Part shown: piece after piece, positions 1-7,445 of the stretch | How the letters are laid out: each line of letters starts with the position of its first letter | Position numbering within the stretch: position 1 is the first letter of the stretch | Source: a virus | Lineage: Duplodnaviria > Caudoviricetes | DNA length: 50,166 bases | IMG/VR virus record: IMGVR_UViG_3300024249_000009 | Coordinates: 1-50,166 of that record | Reading direction: 5' to 3' (one strand) | Notes under the pieces: generated by a model | Database searches by the model: none | What the model was told of the DNA's origin: nothing | What the model saw: the letters and a program-made list of their open reading frames with translations, nothing else | Made by a program: the position numbers and the translations under genes

Positions 1-393
1 GCCGCCCTCGCGGAGAAGCCCGCCGAGCGGCCACGCAACCTAACTGACCACCAGCAAGCGGTAGAGGAAGCTGCTGGAATGCCAATCGACTGGGGCATGG
101 CGAATGCTTCACAAGTTGCGGCCGTGCCAGCCAGCGTGCAGGGGAGCGGGGAGCGCGATGAAGCGCCAATGGGACGCAGCGAGTTCGATAAATTGAAAGC
201 GCAAAAAGATGCGATTATCGAGCGTGAGCGTGAGGCCATCCGCCAATCAGCACGGGAGCCGCTTTTACTGGCGATGAAAAACGCTCTCTACGCACAAACA
301 AACGAGGAAACGGACGAGATACTTGAACAGGTGCTTATAGAAAACAACTGGGGAGTAAGCGATTCCGCGTCGCCAGCGAAGGAGCAGCCATGA
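1..393 (+). CDS. Hypothetical phage protein, 5' truncated
   Basis: Frame is open from base 1 to TGA at 391-393. Confidence 0.6.
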   Translation, partial: AALAEKPAERPRNLTDHQQAVEEAAGMPIDWGMANASQVAAVPASVQGSGERDEAPMGRSEFDKLKAQKDAIIEREREAIRQSAREPLLLAMKNALYAQTNEETDEILEQVLIENNWGVSDSASPAKEQP

Positions 394-417
394 AACCCCA
401 GCGAGCGAAGAAGGCGA

Positions 418-648
418 ATGAGTCCCTGTGAGCACATCAAGTTCCCGGATGGCAGCGTGGCCATCGTGCGTTTTGCGAAACGCCGTGGGAAGAAGTGTGC
501 GTTCTGCCATCTGCAAGCTACGCGAGAATGCGATTACGAGCTGGGCCGCACGCTCGACGGCCGTGTGATCACCTGCGACGCGCCGATCTGCGCCAGTTAC
601 GCGAAGCCGATTGGTGAGAACAAGGATCTCTGTCCACGCCATTCGTGA
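418..648 (+). CDS. Small Cys-rich (Zn-binding) phage protein
   Basis: CAFC...ECDY...TCDAPIC...DLCPRH; purine-rich RBS upstream. Confidence 0.7.
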   Translation: MSPCEHIKFPDGSVAIVRFAKRRGKKCAFCHLQATRECDYELGRTLDGRVITCDAPICASYAKPIGENKDLCPRHS

Positions 649-649
649 A

Positions 650-686
650 TATATACTCTTGACCACTATATATACTGTCCTTTAAG
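650..686 (+). promoter_or_regulatory. Promoter/operator with two TATATACT boxes flanking TTGACC
   Basis: TATATACT at 650-657 and 669-676, TTGACC at 659-664, in an AT-rich gap before ATG 687. Confidence 0.6.
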
Positions 687-1397
687 ATGAGCCCGATGCG
701 AGATCCGGCCACCGCTGACAGTTGCTTGGTTTATGTTGCGTGGTCCAAGAGAGGTACTTGCATCTACGTCGGCAGATCGTTTATCGGAATGCAGCGATTC
801 AGGAAGCATGAGACGTTTGAAGAAAATCAGAAAAATATCGAAGTCCTTGAACTGAACTGGTGCACAAATCGACAGGAGGCAATTGATCTCGAGAAGCGGT
901 TGATCAGGGAATACAAGCCGAGGGCGAATAAAATTAAGTACACCGCAGGTCAGATGACCCCGAGGAGAAAGTTCAGGATTGATCACTTGAAAACCTATCT
1001 CTTGAAGCTGGACGACGATGTTTACGAAAAATGGAAACGAGCGGCTGATCAAGATGACATGAAGCTTGCTGAGTGGATCCGCTCTCAGTGCCAGAGACAA
1101 ATATCTTCCCCGGCCCGGGAAGCGAAGGTGAGAAATGGTAAGCGTGCAGACAATCGTGCGGCGCACTCCGTACGGATGGGAAACCCTGCTCGTCGTGAAC
1201 GGCGTAGTCGGCCGCGCGGAAGAAGTCCTGTGTCTGGAGGAGTTCATCGCACCTCCGTCACCTTCGTGGACAAAGAGGGAAGAGGAACTGATCCTGTTCC
1301 CGCCGCCGTTACCGCAGGAGATGGTGGACTTCATCGATGCGACAGACCGGACTGCCAGATCTGCAAGTTCCGCAGGGAGTTGAAAGGTAAGAAGTAA
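687..1397 (+). CDS. GIY-YIG endonuclease fused to a ribbon-helix-helix domain
   Basis: LVY...IYVGRS...RFRKH...EKRLIREYKP.AN, then KTYLLKLDDDVYEKWKRAA...LAEWIRSQC; C-terminal HRCDRPDCQIC. Confidence 0.75.
   Translation: MSPMRDPATADSCLVYVAWSKRGTCIYVGRSFIGMQRFRKHETFEENQKNIEVLELNWCTNRQEAIDLEKRLIREYKPRANKIKYTAGQMTPRRKFRIDHLKTYLLKLDDDVYEKWKRAADQDDMKLAEWIRSQCQRQISSPAREAKVRNGKRADNRAAHSVRMGNPARRERRSRPRGRSPVSGGVHRTSVTFVDKEGRGTDPVPAAVTAGDGGLHRCDRPDCQICKFRRELKGKK
1135..1383 (+). CDS. Possible nested hypothetical protein in an alternative frame
   Basis: AAGGTGAG upstream of ATG; globular-looking sequence overlying the low-complexity tail of 687-1397. Confidence 0.35.
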   Translation: MVSVQTIVRRTPYGWETLLVVNGVVGRAEEVLCLEEFIAPPSPSWTKREEELILFPPPLPQEMVDFIDATDRTARSASSAGS

Positions 1398-1414
1398 AAT
1401 ATCGGGGAGGAAAG

Positions 1415-1613
1415 ATGGGCACACTCAGCACACTCGATCACACGGGTGACACGCGCATCCAGTGGGATCCGGAAAATCCACGGCTGGATCGACACGCCTG
1501 AAGGCGGCCACATCGTCTGCCCGGGAGACTGGATCATCACGGGCGTCGCCGGCGAGAACTATCCGTGCAAGCCGGACATTTTCGCGAAGACGTACGAACC
1601 AGTTCAGGAGTAG
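1415..1613 (+). pseudogene. Out-of-frame chimera: MGTLSTLDHTGDTRIQWD start joined to a PGDW/PGDYG-type C-terminal fragment
   Basis: Strong RBS, ATG 1415, stop 1499-1501; the +1 frame from about 1476 reads IHGWIDTPEGGHIVCPGDWIITGVAGENYPCKPDIFAKTYEPV to TAG 1611-1613. Confidence 0.55.
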
Positions 1614-1624
1614 GATAGGCAGCC

Positions 1625-1891
1625 ATGATCTACTTCAACACCAGCGACGAGAAGCACATTCTCATCATCGATCTCGAGGGCCTCGATCTCCTGCGCCAAG
1701 GGAATGCGATTATTTCTCCGGACGGTCTGGTCTTCGTCGCCATCTCTGTTGATGAGAGCTGGACGGCCCAGCAGTTCCAGAAAGAATTCACGACTGGAGA
1801 TAAGAAGCTCACCGCCGAACGAATGAAAGCGATCCTCGCCGAAGGTTTGTTGCGTCCCGATCCGCGAAAGAAGCCTAATGAAGAACGCTAA
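1625..1891 (+). CDS. Hypothetical phage protein
   Basis: 88-aa ORF with genome-typical codon usage. Confidence 0.65.
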   Translation: MIYFNTSDEKHILIIDLEGLDLLRQGNAIISPDGLVFVAISVDESWTAQQFQKEFTTGDKKLTAERMKAILAEGLLRPDPRKKPNEER

Positions 1892-2486
1892 AGGCGATCC
1901 GATCTACAAGCACATCGAGTTCAAAGTGTTTGTGGGTGGGAAAATATTCCCGATCAAGTTCACTGCGAATCCCGGGAAGATGTTCAATCAAGCGAACATC
2001 GATCACGAGCTCGAGCGCGTCGCCGCGTACATCGAGGAAAAGTTTCCGAATCTCGAGTTTCGGATGGTGGAATTGCTCCCGAACCGATTCAACTTCATAG
2101 CGGTTGGGCAGCGAGGAAAGGTAAAAGATGAAAGCACGCAAGACAACAGAGAGACCGCCAACAATACGGAAGATGTGGCAAGTGTTGATGGAGGTGGCCA
2201 AAAAAGCGAACGATCAAGCGAACGAGATATATGTCCTGCAGAACAATCTGCCGGGGAATCGAGATCGAGTGGTCAGCAACCAGATGACAGCGGCTACGGA
2301 AAGCGAGCCGAAGACGTCGTCGATGCAGACCGTGGAGAGGCGAGTATGCCATGTGAACGGCCATCAGATCTGCCAAATCGACAGACAAGTGCCGAACACG
2401 GAGCTCGCGGATCCATCGAAAGCGTTTCACCGCACGACGATCACGAAGCAGGAACTGATCTGCCTGCACTGCGGCATGACGCTTGA
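1878..2486 (+). CDS. Hypothetical protein (globular N-terminal ~80 aa, disordered tail overlapping the next gene)
   Basis: Overlaps the upstream stop; N-terminal part is protein-like. Confidence 0.6.
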   Translation: MKNAKGDPIYKHIEFKVFVGGKIFPIKFTANPGKMFNQANIDHELERVAAYIEEKFPNLEFRMVELLPNRFNFIAVGQRGKVKDESTQDNRETANNTEDVASVDGGGQKSERSSERDICPAEQSAGESRSSGQQPDDSGYGKRAEDVVDADRGEASMPCERPSDLPNRQTSAEHGARGSIESVSPHDDHEAGTDLPALRHDA

Positions 2487-2508
2487 AGAAATTCGCACGG
2501 CGAAGTAG
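2128..2508 (+). CDS. Hypothetical protein with C-terminal Zn-ribbon motif
   Basis: GAGGAAAGGT upstream; CHVNGH...ICLHCGMTLEEIR. Confidence 0.65.
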   Translation: MKARKTTERPPTIRKMWQVLMEVAKKANDQANEIYVLQNNLPGNRDRVVSNQMTAATESEPKTSSMQTVERRVCHVNGHQICQIDRQVPNTELADPSKAFHRTTITKQELICLHCGMTLEEIRTAK

Positions 2509-2515
2509 ACTCCCC

Positions 2516-2630
2516 TGCAGGTGTGCTGGATGTGAAAGTCCGGAGGCTGTTAACCTGGGAGGGAAGGCAGCCTCTGGCGCATTGCGGAAAAGCTGTACCG
2601 CGAAAATCAGCCGAGACAAGTAGCGCGGCA
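2516..2630 (+). ncRNA. Structured leader/ncRNA candidate upstream of gene 2647
   Basis: CCGGAGGCTG/CAGCCTCTGG stem; alternative CTGGAT-GTGAAA-GTCCGG hairpin; GCGG/CCGC and GCCG/CGGC hairpins. Confidence 0.4.
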
Positions 2631-2646
2631 AATACAAGAGGACAAT

Positions 2647-2901
2647 ATGGCTGATGTGATCGCGAAATTCCGCGTTGATTCAGTAGAGAACTTTTTCCAT
2701 CCACCAAAGGCGCACAGCGTGAAGCTCTCGGCTGTGTACCCATCGAAAGATGATGCGGCGAACATGGAAGAGAATAAGCGTTTTTCAGAAGCGACACCGA
2801 GTGGACAGATCACCATGTACATCTCGAATCCGGCAGTCTACGGTACGTTCGTTCCCGGTGATGAGTTCTACGTGGAGTTCACGAAAAAGTTGAAGGTTTA
2901 A
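2647..2901 (+). CDS. Conserved small phage protein (AKF.V...ENKRFSEATPSG.I.M.I.NP...G.EFYVEFT type)
   Basis: AGAGGA RBS; motif pattern recognised from a widespread phage hypothetical family. Confidence 0.8.
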   Translation: MADVIAKFRVDSVENFFHPPKAHSVKLSAVYPSKDDAANMEENKRFSEATPSGQITMYISNPAVYGTFVPGDEFYVEFTKKLKV

Positions 2902-2918
2902 CCCATACAACCGCGAAA

Positions 2919-3064
2919 GGCAACACGGCGGCAGCGACGATGCAGATGAAGCACAGGGATGGCGCGAAGGGTAAGCCGTGTAGACGGCGCGAGACCGGAG
3001 CCGAAAACTCCAATCCATCTCCGAGAGCAGATGCGTAGTACGTCGGGCTCGTCGCCGTGTTGCC
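2919..3064 (+). ncRNA. 146-nt rod-like structured RNA candidate
   Basis: 14-bp closing stem GGCAACACGGCGGC (2919-2932)/GTCGCCGTGTTGCC (3051-3064), further nested stems, TTTT at 3067-3070. Confidence 0.6.
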
Positions 3065-3072
3065 ACTTTTAG

Positions 3073-3081
3073 TGATAACCT
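3073..3081 (+). promoter_or_regulatory. Extended -10 promoter candidate giving a leaderless TerL mRNA
   Basis: TGaTAACCT 6 nt before GTG 3088; no SD upstream of TerL. Confidence 0.4.
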
Positions 3082-3087
3082 CTCTCC

Positions 3088-4740
3088 GTGGCCACCGCAG
3101 TTCAAGACCCAGCTCGCACGCTGAAAATCTCCGACTTCTACAGACCTTGGCCGAAGCAGGAACTCTTTCACTGTCTTCCGGCGAAGCATCGTCTGCAGGT
3201 TGGAGGATTCGGGTCTGCGAAATCACGCGCACTGTTGATGGAAGCAATCGCGTGCCTCACCGACTGCCCCGGCGCCAACGGTATCATCCTCCGCAAGACC
3301 ATTCCTGATCTGAAGCGCACCGTCATCGACAAGTTTGAAGTGGACGTCCCCAAAGCCTTCTACGAAAAGGGATCGCAAGAGAAGGGCACGTTCAACAAGA
3401 GCGATCACATCGTGTACTTCCCGCCAGTCTGGTGCGACGACTACGATCCTGAAAGCGGAGAAATAATCTACGAAGACGAAACGAAGAAGAAGCCGAAGCG
3501 CGTGATGCGCCAGAGCAAGCTTTACTTCGCGGCCTGCGAACGCATCGAGGATGTCGGCAAATATCTATCGACGGAGTTTCTCTTCATCGGCTTCGAGGAG
3601 CTCGGCGAGTTTCCGTACCTGATCTACGACGCGATGGAAGGACGCAACCGCTGCACGATACCAGGCGCGCGGCCCTGCATGGCATCAGCGACGAACCCCA
3701 TGGGCGTGGGCTGGGGCTGGATCAAGAAGTTGTGGATCGAGAAGAAGCCAGTGCATGGAATGGATCCGGAGAAATATAATCCGGACGACTATCAGTACGT
3801 GCACTCGACCGTTGACGACAATCCCATCCTGATCAAGGACAAGAAGTACGTCGAATCACTCGAGAAATCTCCGCTGCGCGAGAAGATCCGCTGGGGCAAC
3901 GTCGAGACCGTCAGCGGCCAGTACTTCGATAACTGGGAAGAGAATGCGCGCGTGCTGCCGGCGTCGAAGTTCATCTTCGAGCGGTGGCAGCCTGTGTGGG
4001 TCGGCTGGGACTATGGCTTCGGCCACTTCGCGGTGATCACGTTCTGGACGAAGGCGATCCTGAAGCCACGCTTTGAAAGCGAGAAGCCGCGCATCGTGAA
4101 TGTGACACTCGCGGAACTCGTGCTGCACGAGAATACGCCAAAGCAGCAGACGGAAGCTTTGATCGCCATGATCCCGCGAGTGAAGAACGAAGACGACGGA
4201 ACTGAAGGCTACGCGTGGGACATCGATTCAGTCCACCTGTCGTGGGAACGATTCAATCGCACGGTAGAGAACAGGACTGTGGCTGACGAGATCGGAGACT
4301 ACCTCTCGGCCGCTGGATTGCCCCGTCCTACTCGCAGCAACAATGATCGCGTGGCTGGGTGGACGACGATGTACGAAATGATCGACAGCGACGAGTGGTT
4401 CATGATCGAGGGCGCCTGCCAGACAGTTGCAGAATCTGTTCCGCTGCTGGTTCGCGGCGATGGCATCACTGTTTCGGCGGAAGATGTCGTGAAGCCGAAG
4501 GGCGTGAGTTTAACGGATGACTGCGGCGACTCCCTGCGGTATGCTGTTGCTGGATTTCTTTTGGAAGCCAACGAGAAACCACGTAACCAACTTCTTCGGG
4601 AAAAACTCGCTGGCATCAAAGACCCAATGCAACGCCACATAGCTGCATTCCGTGAATGGAACAAAGAACAAGCCGAAAATCGAAAACCACAAGGCCCCGG
4701 TAAAATCATTCCGTCATGGCAAAGGCGAATAAGGCCGTAA
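3088..4740 (+). CDS. terL: Terminase large subunit
   Basis: PWPKQ adenine motif, Walker A-like GGFGSAKS, Walker B-like FIGFEE, ATNP coupling motif, nuclease VGWDYG and DDCGDSLRY. Confidence 0.95.
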   Translation: MATAVQDPARTLKISDFYRPWPKQELFHCLPAKHRLQVGGFGSAKSRALLMEAIACLTDCPGANGIILRKTIPDLKRTVIDKFEVDVPKAFYEKGSQEKGTFNKSDHIVYFPPVWCDDYDPESGEIIYEDETKKKPKRVMRQSKLYFAACERIEDVGKYLSTEFLFIGFEELGEFPYLIYDAMEGRNRCTIPGARPCMASATNPMGVGWGWIKKLWIEKKPVHGMDPEKYNPDDYQYVHSTVDDNPILIKDKKYVESLEKSPLREKIRWGNVETVSGQYFDNWEENARVLPASKFIFERWQPVWVGWDYGFGHFAVITFWTKAILKPRFESEKPRIVNVTLAELVLHENTPKQQTEALIAMIPRVKNEDDGTEGYAWDIDSVHLSWERFNRTVENRTVADEIGDYLSAAGLPRPTRSNNDRVAGWTTMYEMIDSDEWFMIEGACQTVAESVPLLVRGDGITVSAEDVVKPKGVSLTDDCGDSLRYAVAGFLLEANEKPRNQLLREKLAGIKDPMQRHIAAFREWNKEQAENRKPQGPGKIIPSWQRRIRP

Positions 4741-4743
4741 AAG

Positions 4744-5151
4744 ATGACCTTCCAAGTAGGACACCAGCTTAGAAAAGTCCACGGACATACTTCCGGCAGT
4801 GGGAAGAACGCGAGAGTAAGCAGGACGTACCAATCTTGGCACTGCATGAAATTGCGTTGCCTTCGTTCCTACCACAAACACTTCAAGGACTACGGTGGAC
4901 GCGGAATAAAAATTTGTCGAAGATGGATGAGCTTTGCCAATTTCCTCGCCGACATGGGAGTGCGCCCAGCAGGAAAAACGCTCGACCGTTGGCCCAACAG
5001 AAACGGCAACTACACGCCACGAAATTGCCGATGGGCAACTCCTAAGCAGCAAGCCGAAGGCCGACGACCATTGCCGCCATTTTCACGCGAGCATCGTCAG
5101 CACATAAGCGAAGCAGCAAAACGTCGAGAGCAACGAAGGAAGAAAATATGA
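4744..5151 (+). CDS. HNH homing endonuclease
   Basis: YGGRGIKICRRW.SFANFLADMG.RP.GKTLDR...GNYTPRNCRWAT, plus a NUMOD3-like basic tail. Confidence 0.9.
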   Translation: MTFQVGHQLRKVHGHTSGSGKNARVSRTYQSWHCMKLRCLRSYHKHFKDYGGRGIKICRRWMSFANFLADMGVRPAGKTLDRWPNRNGNYTPRNCRWATPKQQAEGRRPLPPFSREHRQHISEAAKRREQRRKKI

Positions 5152-5693
5152 GCTTCTTCGCAAATCTTTTCCGTAATCGTAGGGCCGAAGCGGCCGAGGC
5201 GAATGCCGAACGCATCGTGGCGCTGTGGAAAGAGCAGGTCTGCCGGCAGATCGAGATGGAAGCTCGATTGGTTGAAGCGCATCGTGTCCACGTCGCCGCG
5301 ATCGAAGCGCTGAACCTCCAACTTCAGTATGAGTCCATGCGAGAGCGCACCGAATTGAAAAAGGCTCACGCCGACGAGCTGAAACGTGTTATAGAAGAGA
5401 AACAGAAATTGTGGGACGAGCTCACGAAAGTGAGATACGTCGAGACCCCAGCACTCCGGCAAGTGCAGGTGAACACAACGGAAGACAGCGCACCGCCGCC
5501 ATCGCCGAAGTTAGAGACTCCAGTCGGCACTCCCTGGCAGCGAGTACAGCGATTCTACGCAGAGCAACAGGAAGCGGCAGCACGAACCCGTTTCACGAAG
5601 CCTGCGGAGGCTCCTGTAAAGGGAGAGACAAATGGCAATGATGGCGAAGGACGGGACTCGGCACCACTCGGCAAGCCGAGCTCGAATGCATGA
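5148..5693 (+). CDS. Coiled-coil hypothetical protein
   Basis: ATGA coupling; heptad-rich helical composition. Confidence 0.7.
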   Translation: MSFFANLFRNRRAEAAEANAERIVALWKEQVCRQIEMEARLVEAHRVHVAAIEALNLQLQYESMRERTELKKAHADELKRVIEEKQKLWDELTKVRYVETPALRQVQVNTTEDSAPPPSPKLETPVGTPWQRVQRFYAEQQEAAARTRFTKPAEAPVKGETNGNDGEGRDSAPLGKPSSNA

Positions 5694-6102
5694 TGAGTTG
5701 TCCACGAGCAAAGGATCCGCGACAGTAACACCGATGCGGACGCCCGGAGCTGGCGAGAAAGATGGAGGTCAGGGCCCGAAACACCCGCAACCTTCAACGA
5801 CTTCGATCACCGATCACGTCAACGAACACGGTCCAGCGCACGCGGTCCATCACGAGTTCGACAAAGGCTCGAATCTTCACCACGTAAGTTCCTTCCACGG
5901 CGACGCAAAACCCGGAGAGAACGACCACCCGGGCGCGCACCACTCGCAGCACAAAACTCACGCCGCCGCTCACCAGCACATGGGCAAATCCATGGGCCTC
6001 GATCACGAAGCCGAAGATCGTCCCGAAGAAGAGGGCGACGAGACTCCGGATTCGACAGAGGATCAGGAAACCGGAAAGCACGCAATCCCCGGCCTCGCGT
6101 AA
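5632..6102 (+). CDS. His-rich hypothetical protein
   Basis: AAGGGAGAG RBS; 21 His in 156 aa; acidic tail. Confidence 0.75.
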   Translation: MAMMAKDGTRHHSASRARMHDELSTSKGSATVTPMRTPGAGEKDGGQGPKHPQPSTTSITDHVNEHGPAHAVHHEFDKGSNLHHVSSFHGDAKPGENDHPGAHHSQHKTHAAAHQHMGKSMGLDHEAEDRPEEEGDETPDSTEDQETGKHAIPGLA

Positions 6103-6108
6103 ACCGCA

Positions 6109-6573
6109 ATGCCGTGGACCTACAAAATCGAAGCATGCCCTTCGTGCGGGAAGAAACGGAGAATCCAAACCTGCAGGAGTAGACGACTCTGCAAGGATTG
6201 CAGTAATGCGATAAATTCGCGCAGAGGTGCTGCCAGCAACCTGTTCAAGCACGGTGGAACAGGACGCACTGAGTTTGTTATTTGGTGCTCGATGCGTCAA
6301 CGCTGTATGAATCCAAAGCATCCGGCCTACGCTGACTACGGTGGACGCGGGATCAGGATTTGTGAACGGTGGAACAAGTTCAAGAATTTCCTGAAAGACA
6401 TGGGGCCGCGCCCCAAAGGCAAATCGCTGGACCGTCGAAATAATGACGGCGATTACACTCCGCGAAATTGCCGGTGGGCCACGCGATTCCAGCAAGCGAG
6501 AAATAGAAGGCCACGCCAGAAGTTAACATTGGAACGGTGGCTGGGGATGGTGGCCCATTCCATGGACACCTAA
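6109..6573 (+). CDS. HNH homing endonuclease with N-terminal Zn finger
   Basis: CPSC...CKDC; YGGRGIRICERW..F.NFLKDMGPRPKGKSLDR...NCRWAT. Confidence 0.9.
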   Translation: MPWTYKIEACPSCGKKRRIQTCRSRRLCKDCSNAINSRRGAASNLFKHGGTGRTEFVIWCSMRQRCMNPKHPAYADYGGRGIRICERWNKFKNFLKDMGPRPKGKSLDRRNNDGDYTPRNCRWATRFQQARNRRPRQKLTLERWLGMVAHSMDT

Positions 6574-6724
6574 GCAGTTCAGATTTCTGATGTCTTCAGG
6601 ATCTCCGCTCACTGAAGCTCAGAAGGAGAAAGACAAGGCCGAGGCGCACGCGGATCCCTCGATGGTTCATCGTAAAAAGGGATCGCGAATGGCCGAGGCC
6701 TTCAGGAAGGCACGCCGGGGATGA
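6557..6724 (+). CDS. Small basic phage protein, probable ATT start (MPWTPKQFRFLMSSGSPLTEAQKEK...)
   Basis: Not in the ORF track; open frame ending in an ATGA overlap with 6721; ATT CCA TGG ACA mirrors the HNH start ATG CCG TGG ACC. Confidence 0.6.
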   Translation: MPWTPKQFRFLMSSGSPLTEAQKEKDKAEAHADPSMVHRKKGSRMAEAFRKARRG

Positions 6725-7023
6725 GTGAGCTCTACGAATTCAACGCGAACGGAAGCTGGATCTCTCCGCAGATGGGGCGTTACGTTCGCGAGCATGCACC
6801 GCTGGCTCACGAAGTGCGCGTCCATCCGATGCAGATGAGGAAACTCGTGCAGCTCTATCCTCCGGAGCCGCCGAAGAAGAATGCAGATGTCACGTTGTCG
6901 CAATTGGGTCACGTATTTGCAGGCCTGCACCTCACGCAGGATCAGTACATGCCGGACAGTGAGATGCATTTCTACGACGCCTCGGGAGCGCTCGTCGCAA
7001 AGATAATCGGGCTGGAGCGGTAG
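6721..7023 (+). CDS. Hypothetical protein
   Basis: Translationally coupled at both ends. Confidence 0.7.
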   Translation: MSELYEFNANGSWISPQMGRYVREHAPLAHEVRVHPMQMRKLVQLYPPEPPKKNADVTLSQLGHVFAGLHLTQDQYMPDSEMHFYDASGALVAKIIGLER

Positions 7024-7241
7024 TGATCAACGAGAAAGCGATCAAGGGCGAAGAAGGCACCGGATACGAAGGACCAGAAGGCGGCGCTTTTCGTTGCTCC
7101 AACTGCGAGTACTTCAACTCCACCACCGACGGCTGCAAACAAGAAGACATGAAGAAAAAATCCAAGCGGGAGCGGTTGCCGAGTGGCGATGTCCTCGTTC
7201 AACCAGGCGGATGCTGTGAGTACATCGACAGGAGGAAGTGA
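7023..7241 (+). CDS. HiPIP-like small Cys protein
   Basis: GY...RCSNCEYF....GC....VQPGGCCEY resembles the high-potential Fe-S Cys spacing. Confidence 0.6.
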   Translation: MINEKAIKGEEGTGYEGPEGGAFRCSNCEYFNSTTDGCKQEDMKKKSKRERLPSGDVLVQPGGCCEYIDRRK

Positions 7242-7432
7242 TGGCCGGGAATAGGTGGATGCAGAAAGTCAGCAGCGGGATCAAGCATCGCGGCACGGAA
7301 GGCGTGTTCAGTTCTGCTGCGAAACGCGCTGGCAAGAGCACGCATGCATTTGCCGAAGAACACAAACACTCGAGCGGTAAGGTAGGAAAGCGCGCGCGCC
7401 TCGCATTGGCGTTTGCAAGCGCAAAGCACTAA
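7241..7432 (+). CDS. Small basic phage protein (GKRARLA type)
   Basis: AGGAGG RBS; WMQK...GKVGKRARLALAF. Confidence 0.8.
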   Translation: MAGNRWMQKVSSGIKHRGTEGVFSSAAKRAGKSTHAFAEEHKHSSGKVGKRARLALAFASAKH

Positions 7433-7445
7433 CTGAGGAGTCCCA

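Noticed and set aside
2534-2548. GAAAGTCCGG resembles the RNase P RNA conserved region
   Set aside because: No matching 3' P4 strand and the region is far too short
2942-3010. CAGATGA...GAAA resembles a hammerhead core
   Set aside because: Core is CAGAUGA rather than CUGAUGA, and the stems do not fit the topology
2919-3065. Paired ends followed by CCA suggesting tRNA/tmRNA
   Set aside because: The CC is part of the stem; no T-loop, D-loop or tag ORF seen
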